Shown here: positions 23,601-33,623 of the stretch, in pieces
Layout: every line of letters begins with the position of its first letter
Position numbering within the stretch: the stretch's first letter is position 1
NCBI GenBank assembly: GCA_000004985.1
Contig: GG738854.1
From: Naegleria gruberi
Lineage: Eukaryota
Strand: one strand, 5' to 3'
Length of the DNA stretch: 64,000 nucleotides
Made by a program: the position numbers and the translations under genes
Notes under the pieces: generated by a model
What the model saw: only the letters and a program-made list of their open reading frames with translations
What the model was told of the DNA's origin: nothing
Databases searched by the model: none

Positions 23601-24967
23601 TGAGCCATCTCCTGCAACTGTATTAATATTTCCAAGTACCAAGTCGATTTTTCTAATTCTATAGTCAGCAAAATCTGAAACATATAAACTATTTCCATAA
23701 ATAGCTAATCCAGATGGATAGGTAAAACGAGCATTGAGAGCACTACCTCCATCTCCGCTGAATCCAACAACTCCTGCATTGTTGGCAATGACAGTTTTAA
23801 CACCATTAGAAATTTTGATAACTTGACCTTTTGTCAAGCTGAGAGCAAATAAATTACCATTCGAATCAAAAACAATCGCTCCAGGAGAAACAATAGAGAC
23901 GTAGGTCAATAATGTTCCATTACTTGCCACGTAACGAATCACATTATTATTTATATCTTAACAATATTAGAAATAGTTTCGAATAAAACTTACCAGAGAA
24001 GTACATCTCACCTTTTAAATATTAGAAATACTGTCAGTGTGTAGAATAAACTTACCTGTTACTGGATGAAAAGCAATTCCATATGCAGTTTTAATACTAG
24101 CAGTGACAGCTGGCGTGCCATCTGGACTATTTCCAAGTTGTCCATTTCCAACAACATTATAAAAGGTATCATTCACAATCTTTCTAATATTATTGTTATC
24201 ACAAATGAAAATTTCATCTTTTGGCGAAACTGCAATACACACAGGATAGGATAATCTAGCCGAAAGTGCAGGAACGCCACTTGTCGTCAAAGATCCACCT
24301 CCTGCTATTGTAATCATATTGAACTCATTAATAGTTGAGTTGAAAAAAACCTTCTTCACTCTATTCATCAATCCACACTACCAGATAAGCTTCAATCACC
24401 CAAGCAAAAACTGGTGTACCGCCACTGGTTTCAGTCTGTGTTAACTTTTCCGCCACTTACTTCGGATACATCCCCACATCAGTCCGCCATAGGCAATAAG
24501 CAAGAATCGCTACACTAGTTTTTAATAGCTTACCTGGTAGTGGTAATGAAAACTTCACCTTTCGAATTGATTGCTACTCCATATGGATTAGTCAGAGAAT
24601 CATTGGCGAAAGCCAAACTATCTGAACCAACACCTGCTTGGTAATTTGGTGCTCCAGCAAAATAATGTGAAATTCCACTATTCGAATCCAAGTATCTCAC
24701 TTGATGATTACCCGATTCTGCATAATAAATATTACCGTTTTTCTTGTCAACTGCCAATCCATAAGGTCTATACATTCCAACATTGGTTGCCTTCATGCCA
24801 TCTCCAATTTGTCCTCCCAATATAGTTTCAAGAGAATACTCAACTGGTCTACTTTTTTGTGCATGAACTAGAAATAAATGAGCGATTAGTTGGAGCGATA
24901 ATACAAGTGCAAGTGCACGAAATAACATATTGGAAGTAGTGGTTGTTGACTTTCGTCTTGTAAACAT
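20646..24967 (-). CDS. NHL-repeat receptor-like type I membrane protein (~1341 aa); exons 24967-24534, 24360-24056, 24011-23994 (micro-exon), 23956-22817, 22774-20646
   Basis: A signal peptide (MLFRALALVLSLQLIAHLFLVHA) is followed by about 12 NHL blades. Each blade has the hydrophobic-x-D-x-x-N-x-x-IR(K) signature, for example YYAESGNHQVRYL, CDNNNIRKI, SDFADYRIRKI, SDKGSHTIRKI, ESSNNRIRKL, DTNNNVIRKV and DTMNMRIRML. An EGF-like module follows (CSGKGTCQALNSCSCLTGYSGLDCS), then a Ser/Thr-rich stalk, one transmembrane helix (LIAAIVGSVGGLCVIGTIIALIVVVCIFV) and a KRKNKK tail. The exon/intron model keeps phase through four GT-AG introns of 173, 44, 37 and 42 bp. Confidence 0.65.
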
Positions 24968-25662
24968 TTTTTTTTCTTCGCTACTAGTAGGAAACGATAA
25001 CAACTAAACTTGGTGTGTGTGAAATTGAGAGATATGTTCCAGTACAGAAAAAGTGTTGGGTTGGAATGGGAAACCATGTCCTGGAAAAGAAGTATCAACA
25101 CTATGCGTTGAAACACGGTAAGATATTGCAAACTCAATGAAGAAGGGCTTTTTTATCTAACGTCAGCAAAAAGTCATAACTCAATTGTTAGTAATCTTAC
25201 TAACATTTTTTTCGTAGCCGTAGTACTTGGTAGTATATATTACAATGCTTCATGAATGCCTTTTGCAATAATATTTCCATCAAGAAATTAGTTAAGGATA
25301 TGTAGAGATAGTAATGGACTGTACACTTTTGTAATTAGAAAGGAAGATTCATCAACAATATTTTACCAACAGCCAGTAAGCACAATACAACGTGGCGAAG
25401 TCAAAGGACGTGATGAAAAAAACAAAAGAAAAAGAAGGCGGGAAAAAAATCCTTGCAACCTCACTTCTTACCATCATCACGCTACATCAAAGCTGGTAAA
25501 GTATCGGAGTGAATGAACAATATGCAGGCTTCTGTTTAGTTTCTTGCCAGCCATGTTCTTCATCCTTTGCTTCCTGTTGAAAGTGGTATTATCAACAAGT
25601 TGTCAAATTCACCTTTCAACCTTTGAATTTTGTTTTTTCCGTTCAGATTTCAATTAAAAAAA
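24968..25662. promoter_or_regulatory. Divergent intergenic region between the NHL receptor-like gene and NHL-BTB copy A; 25048-25662 is repeated at 26886-27496
   Basis: The two flanking genes are head-to-head. The upstream ~250 bp is also conserved (~80% identity, inverted) at 53843-54130, upstream of copy C. Confidence 0.35.
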
Positions 25663-26835
25663 TGTCTTCACTTGCTACCAGTGCACAACTGAATTCTCCT
25701 TTTGGTGTTTTTGTTTCATCAAATAATGAAGTTTATATTGCTGATTATGGTAATCAAAGAATTAGAAAAATATTAAAAAATGGAAATATTGTAACAATTG
25801 CTGGAAATGGAACTGCTGGATTCAGAGGTGATAATGGTCCTGCAACAAATGCACAACTGTATAATCCTTATAGCGTTTTTGTTTCATCAAATAATGAAGT
25901 TTATATTGCTGATTTTAGTAATCATAGAATTAGAAAAATATTAGAAAATGGAAAAATTGTAACAATTGCTGGAAATGGAACTGGTGGATTCAGTGGTGAT
26001 AATGGTCCTGCAACAAATGCACAACTGAATAATCCTTATAGCGTTTTTGTTTCATCAAATAATGAAGTTTATATTGTTGATTATAATAATCATAGAATTA
26101 GAAAAATATTAAAAAATGGAAATATTGTAACAATTGCTGGAAATGGAACTGGTGGATTCAGTGGTGATAATGGTCCTGCAACAAATGCACAACTGAATAA
26201 TCCTATGGGTGTTTTTGTTTCATCAAATAATGAAGTTTATATTGCTGATTATTATAATCATAGAATTAGAAAAATATTAGAAAATGGAAATATTGTAACA
26301 ATTGCTGGAAATGGAACTGCTGGATTCAGTGGTGATTCACCTTTTGATATTAGAACGTATCCTCATATTGGAAATAAGTTATTAACTGGAAATGGTAACT
26401 TACATTCTAAAATAGAATTTCATAATTTGAAAAAACATTCAAGAGATGAATTATTTGGATTGCCAATTTATGGATTCATTCCCCTCATTGAAAAAACTTC
26501 ACCAAAATTTAGTAACATTTTGAAGAATGAAAAGATACTTTGTTTGATGAGTTCATCACAACAAGAAATTATTCAAAAATTAATTGACTCTTTGATATAC
26601 GATAAGAATAAGGTAAAGTTTAACAAAGAAGAAATGTTGGATGTTTTATTCATTTTGGGTTTATTTAAGAATGGTGAATTTATTGATTTGAAAAGATCAT
26701 TAACAAGTGAATTTGTGAACTCACTCACATTAGAAAATCTTACTTTCAAATGGGAAACAATTGAAAATTTACTCAAAATTTGCAAGGAGGAATTCAATGT
26801 TCAAAATTACATTCTTGATCATTTGAATAACTATG
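25048..26835 (+). repeat. Tandem duplication unit 1 (promoter plus NHL-BTB gene)
   Basis: 25048-25662 is ~99% identical to 26886-27496, differing only by indels, e.g. ggaatggg against ggatggg. The coding parts are also near-identical. Confidence 0.7.
25663..26835 (+). CDS. NHL-repeat plus BTB/POZ family protein, copy A; the 3' end is lost in the assembly gap
   Basis: Start MSSLATSAQLN. Four near-identical 57-aa NHL units (NAQLNNPYSVFVSSNNEVYIADYNNHRIRKILENGNIVTIAGNGTGGFSGDNGPAT) are followed by a linker (KKHSRDELFGLPIYG...). The ORF runs directly into the N run. By comparison with copies B and C the missing part should hold the BTB domain. Confidence 0.6.
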
Positions 26836-26885
26836 NNNNNNNNNNNNNNNNNNNNNNNNNNNNNNNNNNNNNNNNNNNNNNNNNN
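26836..26885. other. Assembly gap (50 N) inside a tandem duplication
   Basis: A literal run of n characters. It is flanked by the truncated copy A and the re-start of the duplicated upstream sequence. Confidence 0.95.
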
Positions 26886-29538
26886 AAAGTGTTGGGTTGG
26901 ATGGGAAACCATGTCCTGGAAAAGAAGTATCAACACTATGCGTTGAAACACGGTAAGATATTGCAAACTCAATGAAGAAGGGCTTTTTTATCTAACGTCA
27001 GCAAAAAGTCATAACTCAATTGTTAGTAATCTTACTAACATTTTTTTCGTAGCCGTAGTACTTGGTAGTATATATTACAATGCTTCATGAATGCCTTTTG
27101 CAATAATATTTCCATCAAGAAATTAGTTAAGGATATGTAGAGATAGTAATGGACTGTACACTTTTGTAATTAGAAAGGAAGATTCATCAACAATATTTTA
27201 CCAACAGCCAGTAAGCACAATACAACGTGGCGAAGTCAAAGGACGTGATGAAAAAAACAAAAGAAAAAGAAGGCGGGAAAAAAATCCTTGCAACCTCACT
27301 TCTTACCATCATCACGCTACATCAAAGCTGGTAAAGTATCGGAGTGAATGAACAATATGCAGGCTTCTGTTTAGTTTCTTGCCAGCCATGTTCTTCATCC
27401 TTTGCTTCCTGTTGAAAGTGGTATTATCAACAAGTTGTCAAATTCACCTTTCAACCTTTGAATTTTGTTTTTTCCGTTCAGATTTCAATTAAAAAAATGT
27501 CTTCACTTGCTACCAGTGCACAACTGAATTCTCCTTTTGGTGTTTTTGTTTCATCAAATAATGAAGTTTATATTGCTGATCAAAGTAATAAAGAATTAGA
27601 AAAATATTAGAAAATGGAAATATTGTAACAATTGCTGGAAATGGAACTGCTGGATTCAGAGGTGATAATGGTCCTGCAACAAATGCACAACTGTATAATC
27701 CTTATAGCGTTTTTGTTTCATCAAATAATGAAGTTTATATTGTTGATTATAATAATCATAGAATTAGAAAAATATTAAAAAATGGAAATATTGTAACAAT
27801 TGCTGGAAATGGAACTGGTGGATTCAGTGGTGATAATGGTCCTGCAACAAATGCACAACTGAATAATCCTATGGGTGTTTTTGTTTCATCAAATAATGAA
27901 GTTTATATTGCTGATTATTATAATCATAGAATTAGAAAAATATTAGAAAATGGAAAAATTGTAACAATTGCTGGAAATGGAACTGGTGGATTCAGTGGTG
28001 ATTCACCTTGGTCCTGCAACAAATGCTCAACTGAATAATCCTTATAGCGTTTTTGTTTCATCAAATAATGAAGTTTATATTGTTGATTATAATAATCATA
28101 GAATTAGAAAAATATTAGAAAATGGAAATATTGTAACAATTGCTGGAAATGGAACTGGTGGATTCAGTGGTGATAATGGTCCTGCAACAAATGCACAACT
28201 GAATAATCCTATGGGTGTTTTTGTTTCATCAAATAATGAAGTTTATATTGCTGATTATTATAATCATAGAATTAGAAAAATATTAGAAAATGGAAATATT
28301 GTAACAATTGCTGGAAATGGAACTGCTGGATTCAGTGGTGATTCACCTTTTGATATTAGAACGTATCCTCATATTGGAAATAAGTTATTAACTGGAAATG
28401 GTAACTTACATTCTAAAATAGAATTTCATAATTGAAAAAACATTCAAGAGATGAATTATTTGGATTGCCAATTTATGGATTCATTCCCCTCATTGAAAAA
28501 ACTTCACCAAAATTTAGTAACATTTTGAAGAATGAAAAGATACTTTGTTTGATGAGTTCATCACAACAAGAAATTATTCAAAAATTAATTGACTCTTTGA
28601 TATACGATAAGAATAAGGTAAAGTTTAACAAAGAAGAAATGTTGGATGTTTTATTCATTTTGGGTTTATTTAAGAATGGTGAATTTATTGATTTGAAAAG
28701 ATCATTAACAAGTGAATTTGTGAACTCACTCACATTAGAAAATCTTACTTTCAAATGGGAAACAATTGAAAATTTACTCAAAATTTGCAAGGAGGAATTC
28801 AATGTTCAAAATTACATTCTTGATCATTTGAATAACTATTGTATTGAATATGCTGTTGTTCAAATGAGGACTAAAGAAGGAAACACTGTATTACCGACTC
28901 TTCCAATAATTATGAGAAATGGTGTTGCCATTTTTTCAAAAATGATCATTACTAAACCAACTGCAATTAATATTGAGGAAACAATTGAGATTAAACCACA
29001 AACAATTGAATCATTATATAATGACAAGAAAACAAGTGATGTGAAAATCAAAATGGGACAAAACAAATACTTATATTGTCACAAAACTGTATTGAGTTCA
29101 TCAAGTACATTGTTTAATGCATTATTTGACAGTGGATCTTGTTTCAGTGATTTAAGTGATGATGGAATATTCACACCTGACGAATCAGAAGATTTAGAAT
29201 TATTGGAAATTGTGATCAAACATTGTTATGGAATTTCAATTGACAAAATTGATGCTGTTAAAATTATTGGATTACTTGATATGGCAATGAAACATGAAAT
29301 TCAATATCTGGTCGATTATTGCAAGAATAACTTTAATCTATCCATTGATAATTACTTTACAATACTTGAAGCATGTGAAAAATATCTTGATTTACAACCA
29401 TTTGAGCAATTTATGAGAGATATTATCAAATTTAGCATTACCAACAGAAAACAACTTTTCAAGGATCGCAATAGAATTTCCAACTTACCTGAAAAAGTTT
29501 GGCAAGAAATGGTCTTCAAGTTTTCACAGGACTTTTGA
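26886..29538 (+). repeat. Tandem duplication unit 2 (promoter plus NHL-BTB gene copy B)
   Basis: As for unit 1. Confidence 0.7.
27497..29538 (+). pseudogene. NHL-repeat plus BTB/POZ protein, copy B; at least three frame disruptions (apparent pseudogene or assembly/indel errors), with the BTB-containing part 28432-29538 intact
   Basis: A 1-nt deletion plus divergence at ~27583-27612 leads to a TAG. An internal junction at ~28000-28012 fuses the end-of-array sequence (ggtgattcacctt) to a mid-repeat sequence (ggtcctgcaacaaatgc). At ~28427 the T run is one T shorter (cataattgaaaaaac) than copy A (cataatttgaaaaaac), shifting the frame in front of the BTB ORF. The BTB motif itself is clear: DVKIKMGQNKYLYCHKTVLSSSSTLFNALFDSG...LELLEIVIKHCYG...IIGLLDMAMKHEIQYLVDYCKNNF. 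Confidence 0.5.
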
Positions 29539-30237
29539 GATTATTTTGGATAGATAATTACAATCTATATTAAAACATTCTTTTATTTGCAAATGACAAC
29601 ACATGAACATAATCGAAACACAATAACCAAATACAGAAAATACTCAACAAGTAGCATATGTAGAGCAAAAAACAAATCTCAATTAAGCAGCAGCGAGAAG
29701 GTTAGAATACACCACCAATCAGACCAAGAAACCTCAGCCCCAAACGCACAGTCTTGGACTTTGCGCATACATGAAAGGCTTCAATTAAAATTCCTGGTCT
29801 GCTCGGTATTATTATTATACATGTTGCTAGCCTTGTCGACGAATGGAAAACCAACTACTCCTCCTCCATCTCGTGCTAATGTTGTTCTTGTTCTGGTTGT
29901 TATTAAATGTCTACTATCGGCTGGATATTGTTGATGATGATGAACATGATCATTATGATGGCCGTGGTCAGGATGTTGATCAGAATTAATACGAGTCGTG
30001 ATGGAGTGTAAAGTTAGGTTATTGTTGTTATTATTCTCAACATGGTTGCATGAAAGGAAAAGAAGGCGGTCGAAATCTTTATCTATTTGTTCAAAGTTTG
30101 GTGAATGAGCAGTGTTGTTGTTGGTCGCTGCCATGATGTTGTTAATATGATTACAGCTTAGCGTGGTTAAAAGCTAAAAGGAAAGTTTTGTTTTTTTTGT
30201 TTTTGAAATTTATTTTTAATTTTGTAAAACTTTCGTC

Positions 30238-32142
30238 TCATTTCTTCCAAAATCTTGCATAACATTCCTCAAAGTATTGTTTTGAAAATAAGACATAGGT
30301 CATTCCCCACAATGAAAATCCAATTACATAACTTCCAATTCGATGTTTAAACAAAATTGTCCACAAATTCTCAAAAACATAAAGTTCAGTCGCAAATCCA
30401 AATTCTGAAATCATTTCGTATAACAAATACGAAATGGACACTATTAACAGTAATAAATATTGTGAAAATTTGAATCTCATCACATTAATCTTTCTATATT
30501 TGGATAAGAGAAGATAAATTTTCATTGAATATCCAAAGAGAATTGACCATGAAATTATTAAGGCAATTAATGTCAAAATTAGACAAATGACACGTATGTA
30601 GTTTTGAATTTCAATTGGGACAATGGTTGAGCATAGACAAGCAACTGTCAAAATGAATAAGCTGCTGCAAACTATAAAGACAGTAACCAATCCGACAAGT
30701 GACATTTTCTTCTTTTCATCTGACATTTTCAGTAATATTTCATAAAATAACACAGCTAATGGAACATTTCCAATCGTTACATAACAATCAGCAGATACCA
30801 ATAATGTGAAATTATAATTATCATATAGAGATATTCCATTAGTTCCCTGAATGACAATAAATAGCAATGCATTAACTGTCAAAATTAATTGTGACAGAAC
30901 AATGCAAATACTTGCAAACAGTCTATTATCAAATAATACTCTAATGAGTTCATAATCAATATTTTGTAAACTTTCTCTCACATTAGTTTTTTTCGGTTGA
31001 CTTTCGCTTACAATCGTTTGACTTTTTTCAGATTTTTCTGGAATTGTTTCTTGATTTTCCTTAACTCCACTGTTTTCAGACTTTTCCTTAATTGAATTTT
31101 CCAATCCACGAGGTGTCAAATTATTTTCATCTTTAAGAGAAATTTGATTTGTGACATTTTGTGAGTTTTTCACACCTTCCAATTCATTCTTCTTAATATA
31201 TTTTGTGTTTCGTCTACGATGAATATAATATTTCCAATTTTTACAATATTGAAACGAAATTGGAATGAAAATGAGGAAAATAATCGAAACTAATTGAATC
31301 AAATAAATAACGAGTTCTATAATCTTGAGTGAGAGATGACCACCGAGTGGAACCCAGAAAGTTACAAAGGCACTTTCACATTCGAATGAGGAAAGAGTTT
31401 CGAATTGGTTTCCATTCGAACAGAGACAAAGTTGTGTTCGATTGAGAAGTGTCAACTCGTTTCGTCCACATACACTCTTGACATTATCTCCGAATAAAAC
31501 ATTTAGAGTTTGAACTTTTGTGGAATTACTTTGAGTTACCATATTAGGAAGCCATTCTTTGTGAAAAATTTCAAAATTGGAATTATTTCTCTTACAATAA
31601 AGTAAATAATTGAAAGCATTCACCAATTCCAAGAATGTTGTTCCATCATTCGAAACTTGCTTGTCGAATTCGTATAAAAAATAAGGTCTTGGAGTTTGAA
31701 AGATATTTTGAGGATTTTCCAACACTAACTTTTCCAAATGGGGAATAATCCATTCTTTCATCATGGAAATATTCGAATAATGATTAATTGCTCGTTCGTA
31801 AACATTCCACACACTTTCGTCCACTTTCACCTTTTCACAAAATAAACTTTCTCTTCTAATAAAGAGAACATTGTACTGCCAATCCGAAAGAGCTGCTCCA
31901 TCCAATCCATAGTAAATATCCTTATCGAATAATGTGTTCGGTATCGATTCACAATACCACTCCTCCCAATTTTCTATCATTAGTTTCGTATAATTTGTAT
32001 TTGAAACAGTTGAAGTATTCGAAAATAAACGCCAATACAAAGGACAGTCATCAATCTGATAGGATTTAACTGAATTGACTGTCAGTGCAATGACAACAAG
32101 CAGGAAGATATCACATAATAAAAGATTTTTGATTCTTGACAT
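30238..32142 (-). CDS. Multi-pass membrane protein with an N-terminal Cys-containing ectodomain (signal peptide, ~260-aa ectodomain, 7 predicted transmembrane segments, long charged loop after TM1)
   Basis: Single 634-aa ORF. Hydrophobic segments are LKIIELVIYLIQLVSIIFLIFIPI, ICIVLSQLILTVNALLFIVI, LAVLFYEILL, LVGLVTVFIVCSSLFILTVACL, VICLILTLIALIISWSILFGY, LLLLIVSISYLLYEMI and VIGFSLWGMTYVLF. No family is assignable. Confidence 0.4.
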   Translation of the reverse strand: MSRIKNLLLCDIFLLVVIALTVNSVKSYQIDDCPLYWRLFSNTSTVSNTNYTKLMIENWEEWYCESIPNTLFDKDIYYGLDGAALSDWQYNVLFIRRESLFCEKVKVDESVWNVYERAINHYSNISMMKEWIIPHLEKLVLENPQNIFQTPRPYFLYEFDKQVSNDGTTFLELVNAFNYLLYCKRNNSNFEIFHKEWLPNMVTQSNSTKVQTLNVLFGDNVKSVCGRNELTLLNRTQLCLCSNGNQFETLSSFECESAFVTFWVPLGGHLSLKIIELVIYLIQLVSIIFLIFIPISFQYCKNWKYYIHRRRNTKYIKKNELEGVKNSQNVTNQISLKDENNLTPRGLENSIKEKSENSGVKENQETIPEKSEKSQTIVSESQPKKTNVRESLQNIDYELIRVLFDNRLFASICIVLSQLILTVNALLFIVIQGTNGISLYDNYNFTLLVSADCYVTIGNVPLAVLFYEILLKMSDEKKKMSLVGLVTVFIVCSSLFILTVACLCSTIVPIEIQNYIRVICLILTLIALIISWSILFGYSMKIYLLLSKYRKINVMRFKFSQYLLLLIVSISYLLYEMISEFGFATELYVFENLWTILFKHRIGSYVIGFSLWGMTYVLFSKQYFEECYARFWKK

Positions 32143-33623
32143 TTTTTTTTGATGTGTTTGTGAAAGGTGAAATTCTCACTGACCTATTTCAATTATCTCT
32201 AACGGTTGCTGCTGAAAGGGTCATCTACATTAGTAACTATTTTGCCAACATTTTTTAGCCATCGATTGAGGTTATTAGTTAAGGAATAGTTACAGTGAGG
32301 ATAATACTGATCCAATTTAGTATTCGAATAAGAAACTTCCTGGAACTTCTGAAATGAAAACTAACAACAATGTAGTACACATCATTTCTCACTGAGTGTT
32401 CTTGGAGCTTCTAGTGTATATCATTTTTATTGAAAAAGAAAATATGGAAATTCATTAAAGTTTGTAGAATTGTGAACCAACTCTATTCGAATGACAAGAT
32501 TTTAAAATACCATCCTGTAGACCTCTAATGAATTAACTGTAAATATGATCCAAATAATGAATTGCTAAATTGTGTTTGATAAATGACAGATTCGAAAATG
32601 AAACTAGTCGAATCTCAATTATAACAAAATAATTTCAAGACTACATTTTCATATAATTGACTTTGAAAAATCTGATGCTTACGGAGCTACTTTCCAATTT
32701 GATATTCGAAACTTTACAGTTCCACATTTAGAAATCCTGAGTCTCAAATTGGATTCATATAAGCTTTGCAATCTGTTCCTTAAATTTCTTGTAAAGTTAC
32801 AGGGCATTGGGGAATAAATCTGCAAGAATTATAAAATGTTAAAAAATTGTGTTTCTATTAACCTTTTATCCAAACGGAAAAATGTCGCAGATTTAAAAGC
32901 GAAACTAGACGAATCTCAACACGATTATTAAGGATCAATTTTTTTCCCTGAACTCTAGTATTCATGCAGGTCGTGTTTTAGGTATTCCAGATAAAAACAT
33001 GAATGTATTCAAGGTTCAAGTTTTGTAACTTTCCTTTCCAATAAAACCAAACTAATCTTTGAGGATAATAAAAAGGTATTTAAATAGATGTTGCTTTCTA
33101 ACCGAGATACATGATACAATGCAATAATTGCCAAAATATTAAGAAAGGCGACAATTTCTTTTGGAATTTTTACTCAATTCTTGTCTTGTTTGTATAATAC
33201 GAAACTCACATTCTCAGCATTTCAATTTACTATCTCTTCTTCCTTTTGGTCAAAGATTAAAACCAAGCATTAGGACTCCCATAGTCATCAAACACCTCAC
33301 TTTTCTTCTATCCTTTTTTGACAACAATTTCCTTATATATACAAATTATTTGGATATGGTGAGCGTAAGTGAATCTTGTCAATTCAACTTCACGTTTTTT
33401 TAATAGTGGTTTTGCACCTGTTTTGTTTGAAACAAAATGATTTTCATTGTAAGTACACTTACCTTGTCAGTTGCCAACTATCATGATGACAGATTCTTTA
33501 AAGACCTTTCGTTTGCATTTTAAATATTAAACGCACAAAGTATTATGATTATTTAACGCTACAAATAAAAATTGTCAACTCATTGCCGGCGACTAGTTCA
33601 ATAATCGAGTTTCGGATAAGAAT

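Noticed and set aside
26573-26797. Identical 74-aa antisense ORFs inside each NHL-BTB copy (also 28578-28802 and 52375-52599)
   Set aside because: They lie antisense to well-supported BTB-linker coding sequence, have low complexity, and are triplicated only because the host gene is triplicated.
25623-28400. Highly regular 171-bp tandem repeats that might be taken for a CRISPR array or satellite
   Set aside because: The repeats are in frame, encode NHL beta-propeller blades, have no unique spacers, and the host is a eukaryote with introns. They are coding tandem repeats, not CRISPR.
29587-30134. Overlapping small ORFs (one His-rich) in a GC-richer 0.6-kb interval
   Set aside because: There is no start context or domain, and the two strands both give ORFs. 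They are more likely UTR or promoter sequence of the neighbouring genes, and they are too weak to call.
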